Under the pieces are notes generated by a model. The model was not told the DNA's origin. It was given only the letters and a program-made list of their open reading frames with translations, and ran no database searches. A DNA stretch of 64,000 nucleotides from an uncultured Porphyromonadaceae bacterium (GTDB taxonomy: Bacteria; Bacteroidota; Bacteroidia; Bacteroidales; Muribaculaceae), in the NCBI GenBank assembly GCA_902495075.1, contig CABUVO010000018.1, positions 13,228 through 77,227 of the forward strand, given 5' to 3'. Made by a program: the position numbers and the translations under genes. Below are positions 17,201-27,279 of the stretch, in pieces (the first letter of the stretch is position 1; each line of letters begins with the position of its first letter).

Positions 17201-20200
17201 ATGTTTTATCATTTATTGATTTGGCTAATAATACTATTCAACTGCGTATGCGTATTTGCAGACAACAGGCAGTACGCACACATCCGTTTTGAGAAATATG
17301 GAGTAAAAGAAGGTCTGTCAAGCAGTAAGGTCTTCGACATCAAGCAAGATGCCGAGGGATATATATGGTGTGCTACAGATGAGGGACTCTGCCGTTATGA
17401 CGGCATAAATTTCAAGAAATACAAGTGGCATTTCAAACAACCGGGAACTATGGGCAATCAGGTTGTGAAACTATACTGCGCGAACAATCGTATATATTGT
17501 GCCACCAATTTCGGACTTGTCAGCTTCGACATAGCCACCGAGACTTTCACTTTCCTTAAGAATAAACATATCGACACTGATAACAATCTCAGCGAAGTTC
17601 ACGCCATTGCCCCTCGAAAAGGAGGAGGGTTGTGGATCGGCACCTCGGGGCAGGGCGTCTTCTATTTTGACCCTAAAAACAACCGGTTCAGTCGCTTCAA
17701 ATACAATTCTGCCGACAGCAGGATATTAAGTCTATACGAGTCAGCCGATGGAAAACTTTATATCGGAACTCATTTCGGTGGATTGGATATTGTTAACCTA
17801 AAAGACGGTCATGTTACCAACTATCGGAACTCCAATCATCTGCTGCCTAACGACCAGATAGAATCGATTGTGCACGACAGCCGGGGCAATATATGGGTCG
17901 GCACATGGTATGGTCTCATGCGATTTCGCAAAGGGTCGGACATCCCCGAAGCGATAGGGATACCGGACCTTGCTACAGCCAAGGTCAACGCCATCACCGA
18001 AGACAAATACGGAAAACTGTGGGTTGGCACGGAGAATTATCTATGCGCCATCGACCTTGCCACAGTTGATAGCGCACAGCCGTCGGCTAATTTCTACCAT
18101 GAATCGGAGACTGCAACAGGCTTGTCTTATAAGACCGTGCGATCGGTATTGAGCGATAAGAACGGCAATATATGGATAGGGATGTATGGTGGCGGCGTGA
18201 ATTTTGTGAACAGGCTGACACAAAGGTTCAACTATATCACAAGCGACTTGCTTCTACCTAACAGCTTGAGCTATAAGCGCGTGTCTGCCATCAACGAAGA
18301 TAAAAACGGCAATATGTGGATTTCTACCGATGGCGGAGGAATCAATTACTATAACATCCACGAGAATACTTTCAAAAAAATCACAGCTTCGACGCCTGGC
18401 GCAAATCTGAGCGACAATGCCATTCTCTGCGCTCTGTACGATTCAGAAGGCGACTTATGGGCAGGCACTTACAAAGGGGTGCTGAACCGCATGAAAAGCG
18501 GCACCAACCGGTTTATTCACTATTCCAACCGTCCCGGCGATAACAGCACCTTACCCGAAGGAGACTTGAGTTGCATTTTCGAAGATTCAAAGAAAAGGAT
18601 TTGGGTGGGACAGCGTTCCGGACTCTCATACTTAGACAAAGCCACAGACAAATTCCATATTATCGAGCCTTTGCGCTGGGTTCATATAACAGAAATTCAG
18701 GAAGGTAAAGACTGCCTGTGGGTTGCCACATTCAACGGAATATACAAATACAGTTTCCCAACAGGCGAAGTCTCATTGTTAAGCAAGAAACTCAACAATG
18801 TGTTTGTCAATTCATTTGAAACTGATAAGCAAGGCAATTTCTGGATAGGCACCGAGGGTCTCGGACTGTGGCGATATTCACCGAAAGGGGATTCCTTAAA
18901 AATATATGGCTCAAAAGAGAACCTCAACAGCTCGGTAATACGCACAGTATTGCTTAAAGGTGACGACTTATGGCTCGGCACAAACAAAGATATCGAAAGA
19001 CTATCGCTGAAAAGCGGCAAAACTGAAATATATTCATTCTCCGATGGAGTTCAACCCGGAAGTTTTCTAATGAATTCCGGGGCAGCATTGAAATCCGGCA
19101 TTCTTGCCATGGGCGGCACAGAAGGTATGAACATTTTTGACCCTAATTCAGTTGCCGGCAACGCAAGAGCAATTCCTGTCACATTCACCGACTTCCTGCT
19201 CTTCAATCAGTCGGTAGACATCCGCAGCGAAGAGAATCCGGATTCTCCGCTTAAAGTAAACATCAATTCCACCGACCGATTAGTGCTCAATTACGATGAA
19301 TCAGTATTTACTATAGAATATCTTGGCATCAATTTCTCAGCACCTGAACATGTGCAATATGCCTATTTTCTGAAAGGGGTTGATTCAAAATGGAACCATG
19401 TGGGGCAAATGAGGTCAGTGACATACAGGAATCTCTCTCCGGGCACATATGAGTTTATGGTGAAAGCCTCAACCGGTGATTTCGATGACAACGACTTTGA
19501 AAGTGCAAGAAAGCTTATCATCGAAGTGAAACCTCCCTTCTGGATGACCTGGTGGGCATACGTAATCTATTTCATTCTTCTGGTAGTTGCTGCATACCTT
19601 ATTTATCGCATGACTCTGACGCGTATCCGCATCCGCAACCGGATTAATATGGAACGTTTCGAAAAAGAGAAGCAGAAGGAATTATATCAGGCGAAAATGC
19701 AATTTTTCGCAAATGCCTCACATGAGCTGCGCAACCCTCTGACCATGATAAAAGCACCGCTCGACCAACTTCTTGAGAAAGAGACAGATTCCAATAAGAA
19801 GGAATTGCTGACCCTTATAAAGCGCAACACCAACCGGGTGATAAAGAATGTGAACGAAGTTCTTGATATCAGGAAGATAGACTATGGTCAGCTGACTCTA
19901 AAGGTGCAGCAAGGGGATGTTGTGCCTATACTGCATGAGATTGCTGACACATTCGAAGGTGTTATCAAAGAAAAACATATCACCTTCCGCTTCTATGCAA
20001 ATCCTGACAAAATAGAGGGATGGTTTAACGCCAATTTTATTGACAAGATAGTTTACAACCTGCTTTCAAATGCTTTCAAATATGTAAAAGATTACGATGA
20101 AATCATACTGAACACATTTATAGAGAAAACAGATATCGGCAATCTCCTGCATATAGAGATTTCTGATACAGGTGTGGGTATCGACAAGTCTCATCTCAAG

Positions 20201-21316
20201 AAAATCTTCGATTGCTTCTATCAGATTGAACGCAACAACAAAGATATTACATATCCCGGTTCCGGCATCGGACTATATCTTGTCAAGTCACTTGTGGAGC
20301 TGCACAAGGGGCATGTCACAGTGGAAAGTAAAGTCAATGTTGGCACAACATTCAAAGTTGTAATCCCGATAGACCGGTCGGTTTACAATCGATCGGAAAT
20401 CAGCATGCATCGCAACGATGAGGAGACTCAGCCCACACCCTCGTCAACGATATCGAGGGATACCACCATTGTGAAGAACGATAACGAATCTGCCACCGAA
20501 CCGGAAAAACAGCCACAGAAGAGTGCAAAAAAATATAGCGTACTTGTGGTGGATGACGAAGCCGACATACGCAACTTCCTTGCAATGGAACTCGGTGATA
20601 AATATGAAGTTGAAACAGCTTCCGACGGAGCAGAAGCCTATGAAAAAGCTTTGGCAACAATACCCGATATCATCATAAGCGATGTCATCATGCCGAATAT
20701 GGACGGCATTGAACTATGCTCCAAAATCAAAGAGAATGTTGTCACATCTCACATTCCCTTCATTCTGCTGACGGCAAAATCCTCTCACGAAGACCGTCTG
20801 GAAGGACTTGATGTCGGCGCGGATTCATACATCCCGAAGCCTTTCGATATCCGACATCTACACATCCGCATTGAAAAACTCATCAGTAACAGGGAAGCCC
20901 TGAAAAAGAAATTCATGAAGAAGATGACGCTGGTATCGGAACGTCCAGCAGAGTCAGCACCCGCTATGGACAACGATGAGAAAATCATGCAGAAAATCAT
21001 CACCTACATCAACGAGAATATATCCGACCCCGACATAAAAGGAGAGACAATTGCCGCCCATATAGGTATGAGCCGCATGAACCTTCATCGTAAGCTCAAG
21101 GCACTTGTGGGGCTTTCTGCAGGAGACTTCATCCGCACCATCCGTCTGGACAATGCAAGCCGGCAATTGCTCGCCACAACGAAGTCCATAACGGAAATAT
21201 CCTATGACCTTGGCTTCTCTTCTCCCTCTTATTTCTATATATGTTTTGTCAAAAAATATGGAGTGTCACCAACCGAATACCGTGAAAACAAAGGGGAGAC
21301 ACCTATGGAGAACTAA
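17201..21316 (+). CDS. Hybrid two-component system (HTCS) PUL regulator
   Basis: Reg_prop beta-propeller repeats, Y_Y_Y domain, TM, HisKA (SHELRNPL), HATPase, receiver (SDVIMPNMDG), AraC HTH. Confidence 0.97.
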   Translation: MFYHLLIWLIILFNCVCVFADNRQYAHIRFEKYGVKEGLSSSKVFDIKQDAEGYIWCATDEGLCRYDGINFKKYKWHFKQPGTMGNQVVKLYCANNRIYCATNFGLVSFDIATETFTFLKNKHIDTDNNLSEVHAIAPRKGGGLWIGTSGQGVFYFDPKNNRFSRFKYNSADSRILSLYESADGKLYIGTHFGGLDIVNLKDGHVTNYRNSNHLLPNDQIESIVHDSRGNIWVGTWYGLMRFRKGSDIPEAIGIPDLATAKVNAITEDKYGKLWVGTENYLCAIDLATVDSAQPSANFYHESETATGLSYKTVRSVLSDKNGNIWIGMYGGGVNFVNRLTQRFNYITSDLLLPNSLSYKRVSAINEDKNGNMWISTDGGGINYYNIHENTFKKITASTPGANLSDNAILCALYDSEGDLWAGTYKGVLNRMKSGTNRFIHYSNRPGDNSTLPEGDLSCIFEDSKKRIWVGQRSGLSYLDKATDKFHIIEPLRWVHITEIQEGKDCLWVATFNGIYKYSFPTGEVSLLSKKLNNVFVNSFETDKQGNFWIGTEGLGLWRYSPKGDSLKIYGSKENLNSSVIRTVLLKGDDLWLGTNKDIERLSLKSGKTEIYSFSDGVQPGSFLMNSGAALKSGILAMGGTEGMNIFDPNSVAGNARAIPVTFTDFLLFNQSVDIRSEENPDSPLKVNINSTDRLVLNYDESVFTIEYLGINFSAPEHVQYAYFLKGVDSKWNHVGQMRSVTYRNLSPGTYEFMVKASTGDFDDNDFESARKLIIEVKPPFWMTWWAYVIYFILLVVAAYLIYRMTLTRIRIRNRINMERFEKEKQKELYQAKMQFFANASHELRNPLTMIKAPLDQLLEKETDSNKKELLTLIKRNTNRVIKNVNEVLDIRKIDYGQLTLKVQQGDVVPILHEIADTFEGVIKEKHITFRFYANPDKIEGWFNANFIDKIVYNLLSNAFKYVKDYDEIILNTFIEKTDIGNLLHIEISDTGVGIDKSHLKKIFDCFYQIERNNKDITYPGSGIGLYLVKSLVELHKGHVTVESKVNVGTTFKVVIPIDRSVYNRSEISMHRNDEETQPTPSSTISRDTTIVKNDNESATEPEKQPQKSAKKYSVLVVDDEADIRNFLAMELGDKYEVETASDGAEAYEKALATIPDIIISDVIMPNMDGIELCSKIKENVVTSHIPFILLTAKSSHEDRLEGLDVGADSYIPKPFDIRHLHIRIEKLISNREALKKKFMKKMTLVSERPAESAPAMDNDEKIMQKIITYINENISDPDIKGETIAAHIGMSRMNLHRKLKALVGLSAGDFIRTIRLDNASRQLLATTKSITEISYDLGFSSPSYFYICFVKKYGVSPTEYRENKGETPMEN

Positions 21317-21333
21317 AATTTCGAGCAACTTTA

Positions 21334-21364
21334 ACATCTTGCAAACGAGATGTTTGCAAGATGT
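21334..21364 (+). terminator. Perfect 13-bp inverted repeat after the HTCS gene
   Basis: ACATCTTGCAAAC-GAGAT-GTTTGCAAGATGT; weak U tail. Confidence 0.5.
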
Positions 21365-21429
21365 GTTACAGAATATATACTGTTTGTTACGACAGATAAT
21401 AATGCAAAACCAGAATTGATGTAGTTTTG
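21364..21429 (+). promoter_or_regulatory. Predicted HTCS binding site and PUL promoter
   Basis: TGTTAC at 21364 and 21385 (21-bp period); TAGTTTTG -7 box at 21422-21429. Confidence 0.75.
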
Positions 21430-21548
21430 CAAAAGTTAAGATATTGCCAAATTCGCAGTATTCGGCAAATGCAAAAAACAGTGATAGCCACCTATGGCGA
21501 CACACCAGAATAAAATACAGTTATAAACCAAACAATATCTTTAAGACC

Positions 21549-21992
21549 ATGAATCTTAAACTTCTTAAATTTCAATGGCTATTTATTGTCATAACCGCTC
21601 TTACGGTCATCAGTTGCAGTGACGATGAGAACGACGTAAACCTAACCGGAACTTCATGGCAACTCGTTTCAATGAAGATCAACGGAGAGGCAGCGGCATT
21701 GACCACCGACCAGGAGGGTGAATTGCTATATTTCGGAGCGAACAATGTCAGCTACGTGGTCATACCATCTGAAAACATGAATCTCCGCACCGCATGGAAC
21801 TATGATGCAGATCACCGCATACTCAATATTTCAGACCTGCTGCCTGTGACGTTCTATGTTGACGGATTTTCAGGAAACGAGTTAGTGCTCCGGAATTATG
21901 CCTATGCCAACAACGGGAAACTCGACACGTTTGTGAAGACATACAAAAAAGTAGAGACGAAAATTGTCGACAACAAGCTTCAACTCAAATAG
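21549..21992 (+). CDS. Lipocalin-like lipoprotein
   Basis: Start reassigned to ATG 21549; lipobox VISC-SDD; LTGTSWQLVS motif. Confidence 0.75.
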   Translation: MNLKLLKFQWLFIVITALTVISCSDDENDVNLTGTSWQLVSMKINGEAAALTTDQEGELLYFGANNVSYVVIPSENMNLRTAWNYDADHRILNISDLLPVTFYVDGFSGNELVLRNYAYANNGKLDTFVKTYKKVETKIVDNKLQLK

Positions 21993-22008
21993 ACAAAACA
22001 ACATCACC

Positions 22009-22548
22009 ATGAAAAGATATTTTACCGCATTATTTACCACATTATCACTTGTGGCGGCTATTACCTTTTCCGGATGTTCCGACGATAACGATTTCGAAGA
22101 AACACTTCCCGGACAATGGCAGCTCACCGCCGCATACGATGATGGAGAGCCGACAGACGAGAATGCCGGCGACAACCTTACGATACTTTTCGAATCCAAC
22201 GGCATCTACCGCATGTATGACCCCGTGTCGGCAGTTTCACACTACGGCACATGGATTCTATATGATGAAGGCTGGCTCTTGATGTCGATGGACAAAATAA
22301 CAGGAAAAAACACCTCCGACGGGAGCTATCGCTTTTCGCAGGTGCCCGTGCGTTTCACAATCCTCCGTCTTGACGGGAATAATCTTGAACTCCGCATATC
22401 CACATTCCTGGAAGAGCGTAAGAAGACTATTATGTTCACTCAGCTGCCACAGGATGTCACGCCAACAGACCCGCAAGAAGCGATGGAACTTGACAAGACA
22501 AACAAGCAGCTCCATACTTATACATACCTTTTTAAACGTATTCAATAA
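22009..22548 (+). CDS. Lipocalin-like lipoprotein
   Basis: Start reassigned to ATG 22009; lipobox FSGC-SDD; LPGQWQL...GTW motif. Confidence 0.75.
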   Translation: MKRYFTALFTTLSLVAAITFSGCSDDNDFEETLPGQWQLTAAYDDGEPTDENAGDNLTILFESNGIYRMYDPVSAVSHYGTWILYDEGWLLMSMDKITGKNTSDGSYRFSQVPVRFTILRLDGNNLELRISTFLEERKKTIMFTQLPQDVTPTDPQEAMELDKTNKQLHTYTYLFKRIQ

Positions 22549-22556
22549 TATCGGTT

Positions 22557-25500
22557 ATGAGAATAATATCCATATTACTTACGGCTCTGTTATGTTCTGC
22601 GGCGGGTATCGCCCAGACACTGACTATCACTGGCACAGTACTCGACAAGAGCAACAACGAGCCGCTTATTGGTGCCACAATCGCCGTTAGCGGTACTACC
22701 ACCGGAGCCATGACCGATGTTGACGGTAATTTCACGGTCTTGGTTCCCTCTGCAAAGTCACAGTTGCGCATCAGCTACGTCGGATACAAGACACAGGTTG
22801 TCAACGTGACCCCCGGCAAGGCGATGAAAATACTTCTGGCTTCTGACGCGGGAACTCTCGACGAAGTTGTGGTTGTAGGTTACGGCACACAGAAAAAGGA
22901 GTCGATGGTCGGTTCCATATCCTCAATCAAGAGTGAGGCGCTCGCCACCGTTCCGGCATCAAACATGACCCAGACACTGGCGGGTAAAGCGTCCGGTATC
23001 TCGGTGGTGCAGACTTCAGGAGAAATAGGACGTGACGAAGCTGACATATATATCCGAGGCAAAGCCACTTTCTCCGATGAGAACAGTAAGCCTCTGATTG
23101 TTGTCGACGGTATTATCCGCGAAGGGTTCGCCCAGATCGACCCCAATGAAGTTGAGAGCATAAACATCCTGAAGGATGCATCCGCCACAGCTGTTTACGG
23201 TGTGAAAGGTGCGAACGGAGTCATAATCATCACAACAAAACGCGGTGTTAAAGGGAAACCGGAAGTATCGTTTACTGCCCAGGTTGCCATAAATGTTCCC
23301 GTGCGTCTTTACAAACCACTGGATTCATACCGCACCTCAATCCTCCGCAACGAACTTCTCGACAATGGCGGTCAGCAGCCGGAATATAGTGCCGCAGACC
23401 TTATGAAATACCGCACTGGAGTATCACCATATACTCATCCGAACGTGAACTGGATGGATGAGATCATGAAATCCCACTCAGTTCAGCAGCAATACAACGT
23501 GAATGTGCGCGGCGGCACAAAGATGGTGAGATATTTTGCATCCTGCGGTTTCTTCAATCAGGATTCCCCCTTCAAAGGAGACAAAATAACAAACTTCAAC
23601 CGCTATAACTTCCGCTCGAATCTCGACTTTGACTTCACAAAAGATTTGAGCGTATCTGTCAACCTCGGAGCGCGAATCGAAGACCGCCACTATCCGCAGG
23701 CCATGCAATACAGCAGCTGGGATATTTATCACGGTGCCGTTGCAAACTCAGGTCGCAAATATCCGGCATTCAATCTTGACGGCTCATATGGCGGTGACAA
23801 AGATTATTCAAATATCCACTCCCTGATTCGCGATTCAGGAGAATTTAAAGAGAACCGCAATGTGCTTGAGGCAGGTATTAACGCCAATTACAAGCTCTCG
23901 TGGCTTCTCCCCGGGCTTGCAATCCGTGCTCAGGTGGCATACGACGATGACAGCAAGCATGGCAAGGTTTATTACAAGAACGCTGCCACATATCAGTATA
24001 ACTACGCAGACGACAGCTACATCATGCATGGTGAAAACCGTCCGCTGCGCTGGGGCTGGGAATATGTTGACAACTACCGCAAGATATATCTCGAAGGTGG
24101 TGTCACCTACGACAACGCATTCGGTCCGCATAACGTGAATGTTCTTCTTTTGGCAAACCGTTTATCTTACGGTTCCAATATAGACCAGACATACGCCAGC
24201 CAAGGCATTGTTGGTCGCGCCGTATATAACTTCGACTCCCGCTATCTCGCCGAGGTGAACTTCGGTTACAACGGTTCTGAGAACTTTGCCAAAGGTCATC
24301 GCTACGGACTCTTCCCCTCATTTGCCTTAGGTTGGGTACTTTCTAACGAGCCGTTCTACAACAAGCTGAAAATTTCCGAATGGATGAACAACTTCAAGAT
24401 TCGTGGATCCCTGGGCTGGGTAGGTAACGACCGCGTCTGGGCATACAACCCTGTGACCGGCAGCAGTGACGAAGCGCGTTTCATCTATCTCCAGCAGTAT
24501 GAATACGTAGATGCCGGCAACTCATACGTATTCGGTATCGGCGACACTCGCATCACCGGCATTCGTCAGGGACGTATCGCCAACCCGGATGTAAAGTGGG
24601 AAACATCACGCAAATTCAACATCGGATTTGAAGCCGGATTCTTCAACAACTCACTGACCCTGACATTCGACTACTTCAACGAGCTGCGCAAGGATATCCT
24701 TACGGTTGTGCAGACAATGCCGGGATATGTGGGCACCACCTTCTCTCCGGCAAACATCGGTAGCGTGCGCAACCAAGGTGTGGAACTGGAGGCAAACTAT
24801 AGCAAACACTTCGGACAAGATTTCTTCTTCTCCGCGAAGGGTAATTTCTCATTCGCACGCAACAAAGTGCTTGATATGGGAAGTCCTGTCAACGTGCTCC
24901 CGTATCAGAGGGCTGAAGGGTATGCCATAGACACACCTCTCAAACTTATCACCGAAGGTTTTTTCCAAGACTACAACGACATTGAACGCTCGCCCTCTCA
25001 ACTCGGACTTGAAGGCAACACCGAAGTGCGTCCCGGCGACCTCAAATATTGCGACATAAACGGTGACGGTGTCATCGACCGCAAAGACATGATACGCACA
25101 GGATATCCACTTGTGCCTGAAATCAACTATGGTTTAACCCTCACGGCATCTTGGCGTGGCTTCGACCTGAGTGCCCTATTCCAGGGAGTGACCAATGTCT
25201 CCTTCGACAAAAACTGGGAAGCGATGTGGGCATTCTCCAACGGCGACAACGTGTATGACCGCCACTGGTATTACTGGACTCCCGAAATGGGCGACGATGC
25301 CGCCAAATACACTCAGATGTATGGCAAATATCAGAACAACGAGGCGGGCGCTGACTACACACTCTCCGATGGCAGCTATCTCCGACTGAAAAATATTGAT
25401 TTCGGTTACACATTGCCATCGAAAATTACGAAGAAATTAAAAATCAACTCCATCCGCGTGTATTTCTCAGCACTCAACGTATACACCTGGTCGAAAGAAC

Positions 25501-25589
25501 CCTACCTCGACCCCGACAATCGCAATCTGCGTGCAGCATCAATGCCGCCGATGCGCGCATTTAACTTTGGTTTAAACGTTAATTTCTGA
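22557..25589 (+). CDS. susC: SusC-like TonB-dependent transporter
   Basis: N-terminal CarboxypepD-like domain, LDEVVVVGYG, ILKDASATAVYG..GANGVIIITTK, C-terminal FNFGLNVNF. Confidence 0.97.
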   Translation: MRIISILLTALLCSAAGIAQTLTITGTVLDKSNNEPLIGATIAVSGTTTGAMTDVDGNFTVLVPSAKSQLRISYVGYKTQVVNVTPGKAMKILLASDAGTLDEVVVVGYGTQKKESMVGSISSIKSEALATVPASNMTQTLAGKASGISVVQTSGEIGRDEADIYIRGKATFSDENSKPLIVVDGIIREGFAQIDPNEVESINILKDASATAVYGVKGANGVIIITTKRGVKGKPEVSFTAQVAINVPVRLYKPLDSYRTSILRNELLDNGGQQPEYSAADLMKYRTGVSPYTHPNVNWMDEIMKSHSVQQQYNVNVRGGTKMVRYFASCGFFNQDSPFKGDKITNFNRYNFRSNLDFDFTKDLSVSVNLGARIEDRHYPQAMQYSSWDIYHGAVANSGRKYPAFNLDGSYGGDKDYSNIHSLIRDSGEFKENRNVLEAGINANYKLSWLLPGLAIRAQVAYDDDSKHGKVYYKNAATYQYNYADDSYIMHGENRPLRWGWEYVDNYRKIYLEGGVTYDNAFGPHNVNVLLLANRLSYGSNIDQTYASQGIVGRAVYNFDSRYLAEVNFGYNGSENFAKGHRYGLFPSFALGWVLSNEPFYNKLKISEWMNNFKIRGSLGWVGNDRVWAYNPVTGSSDEARFIYLQQYEYVDAGNSYVFGIGDTRITGIRQGRIANPDVKWETSRKFNIGFEAGFFNNSLTLTFDYFNELRKDILTVVQTMPGYVGTTFSPANIGSVRNQGVELEANYSKHFGQDFFFSAKGNFSFARNKVLDMGSPVNVLPYQRAEGYAIDTPLKLITEGFFQDYNDIERSPSQLGLEGNTEVRPGDLKYCDINGDGVIDRKDMIRTGYPLVPEINYGLTLTASWRGFDLSALFQGVTNVSFDKNWEAMWAFSNGDNVYDRHWYYWTPEMGDDAAKYTQMYGKYQNNEAGADYTLSDGSYLRLKNIDFGYTLPSKITKKLKINSIRVYFSALNVYTWSKEPYLDPDNRNLRAASMPPMRAFNFGLNVNF

Positions 25590-25594
25590 TCATC

Positions 25595-27256
25595 ATGAAG
25601 ATTTATCATATAACAGCCGCTGTGTTGGCAATGCTTTCCGTAGTGTCGTGTGACGATTATCTTGAACGAGCTCCGGATCTGAACCTCGATGAAGATAAAA
25701 TATTCTCCATATATGAAGAGGCATATAAGTATCAGGCTGACGTATACACCAACCTGCGTCCCGGTTTCAATGTATTGGGCAGCTTCGACCCCGCTCCCAT
25801 AGCGTGCGCCACCGACGAAGCCGAATCACGTTTCGGATGGAACACATCCAACTCCTTCAATGTCGGTTCGTATGACGATGTCGACAATGTCATCGCCGTT
25901 AACTACGAAGGGATACGAAAAGCGAATTTCTTCCTATCCAAGAAAGACGTAATACCCTTCCCCGATGAGGATACCAGAAACAGTCTCACGGGAGAGTGTT
26001 ATTTCCTGCGTGCTTTCTATTTCCACGAGGTAGTGAAGCGCTACGGAGGCATGCCGATAATGACCGACAAACTGTTGCGACCGAACGACAACCTGCAACT
26101 TCCACGCAATAGCTACATGGAATGTGTTGATGCAATCCTCTCAGATCTTGAAAAGGCGATTGCACTTCTTCCGGTAAGCGTTGCAGACAATCTTCAGGGA
26201 CGTGTGACGCGCGGCGCGGCAATGGCACTCAAAGCGCGTGTACTTCTATATGCTGCCTCACCTCTCTGGGATAAAGAGAACCCCAATGCCGACAAGTGGA
26301 AACTTGCCGCCGACGCAGCAAAATCCGTCATTGACCTTAAGGATGAGAATGGAGCTAAGGCATATTCACTGCTCGACCGGGGCAAAGGCGCAGAAGACTA
26401 CGAAAAGGTATTTTTGCTCCGTCCGGATGAGGGCAACACAGAGGTAATATTCTGGTATAACAATGTTCCGGTGGGATTCTCCTCCAGTGATATCCGCGTG
26501 TGGGCACCCTCGGGAGAAGGCTTCGGTGGTGTCGGAGCAGTCGCACCGACTCAGAATTTCGTTGACCTCTACGAGATGGCAAACGGCAAACCGATTTCAG
26601 ATCCGACATCTGGTTACGACGAGCACAACCCTTATAACAACCGCGACCCACGCTTCTATAAAACAATTATCTATAACGGCAGCAAATGGCAGGGCATCAC
26701 CGCCGAGCTCTATATGGGCGGTAAGCACCGTATAGCAAAAGATCGTTGCCGCACAGGTTATTACGTTCGTAAATATCTTCCCGAAGGCATCACAGAAAAG
26801 ACATCCAACAAGGCATATCATAACTGGATTTATATGCGTCTTGCAGAGATGTATCTCAACTATGCCGAAGCTCTCAACGAACATCTGGCAGCCCCTTCGA
26901 CAGAGGTCTATAATGCAGTCAACGCTGTGCGTCGCCGCAGTGGTATGCCCGACCTTCCGGCAGGTCTATCACAAGATGAGATGCGCGAACGCATCAAGAA
27001 CGAACGCGCCGTGGAGCTTTCTTTCGAAGAGCACCGCTGGTGGGACGTTCGCCGCTGGCTTGATGGTGAGAAATATTTCAACGGACCGATGTATGAGATG
27101 GAGATTATCAAAAATGAAGACAACTCATACTCCTACAACCGCGTGGCGTTTGAGAACCGTATCTTTTCCGAGAAAATGAACCTTTATCCCATTCCCAAGA
27201 GCGAAATGGACAAAAATCCGCTTTATCGGCAGAATCCGGGGTGGAACAACTACTGA
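25595..27256 (+). CDS. susD: SusD-like lipoprotein
   Basis: Lipobox VVSC; GECYFLRAFYF; RLAEMYLNYAEA; ERAVELSFEEHRWWD; QNPGW. Confidence 0.96.
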   Translation: MKIYHITAAVLAMLSVVSCDDYLERAPDLNLDEDKIFSIYEEAYKYQADVYTNLRPGFNVLGSFDPAPIACATDEAESRFGWNTSNSFNVGSYDDVDNVIAVNYEGIRKANFFLSKKDVIPFPDEDTRNSLTGECYFLRAFYFHEVVKRYGGMPIMTDKLLRPNDNLQLPRNSYMECVDAILSDLEKAIALLPVSVADNLQGRVTRGAAMALKARVLLYAASPLWDKENPNADKWKLAADAAKSVIDLKDENGAKAYSLLDRGKGAEDYEKVFLLRPDEGNTEVIFWYNNVPVGFSSSDIRVWAPSGEGFGGVGAVAPTQNFVDLYEMANGKPISDPTSGYDEHNPYNNRDPRFYKTIIYNGSKWQGITAELYMGGKHRIAKDRCRTGYYVRKYLPEGITEKTSNKAYHNWIYMRLAEMYLNYAEALNEHLAAPSTEVYNAVNAVRRRSGMPDLPAGLSQDEMRERIKNERAVELSFEEHRWWDVRRWLDGEKYFNGPMYEMEIIKNEDNSYSYNRVAFENRIFSEKMNLYPIPKSEMDKNPLYRQNPGWNNY

Positions 27257-27279
27257 TTAACTCCGTGAAGTAACTGATT

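Noticed and set aside
21444..22008. ORF-track starts at 21444 and 21964
   Set aside because: Lipoprotein signals fit ATG 21549 and ATG 22009; the longer versions add leader sequence or overlap the upstream gene.
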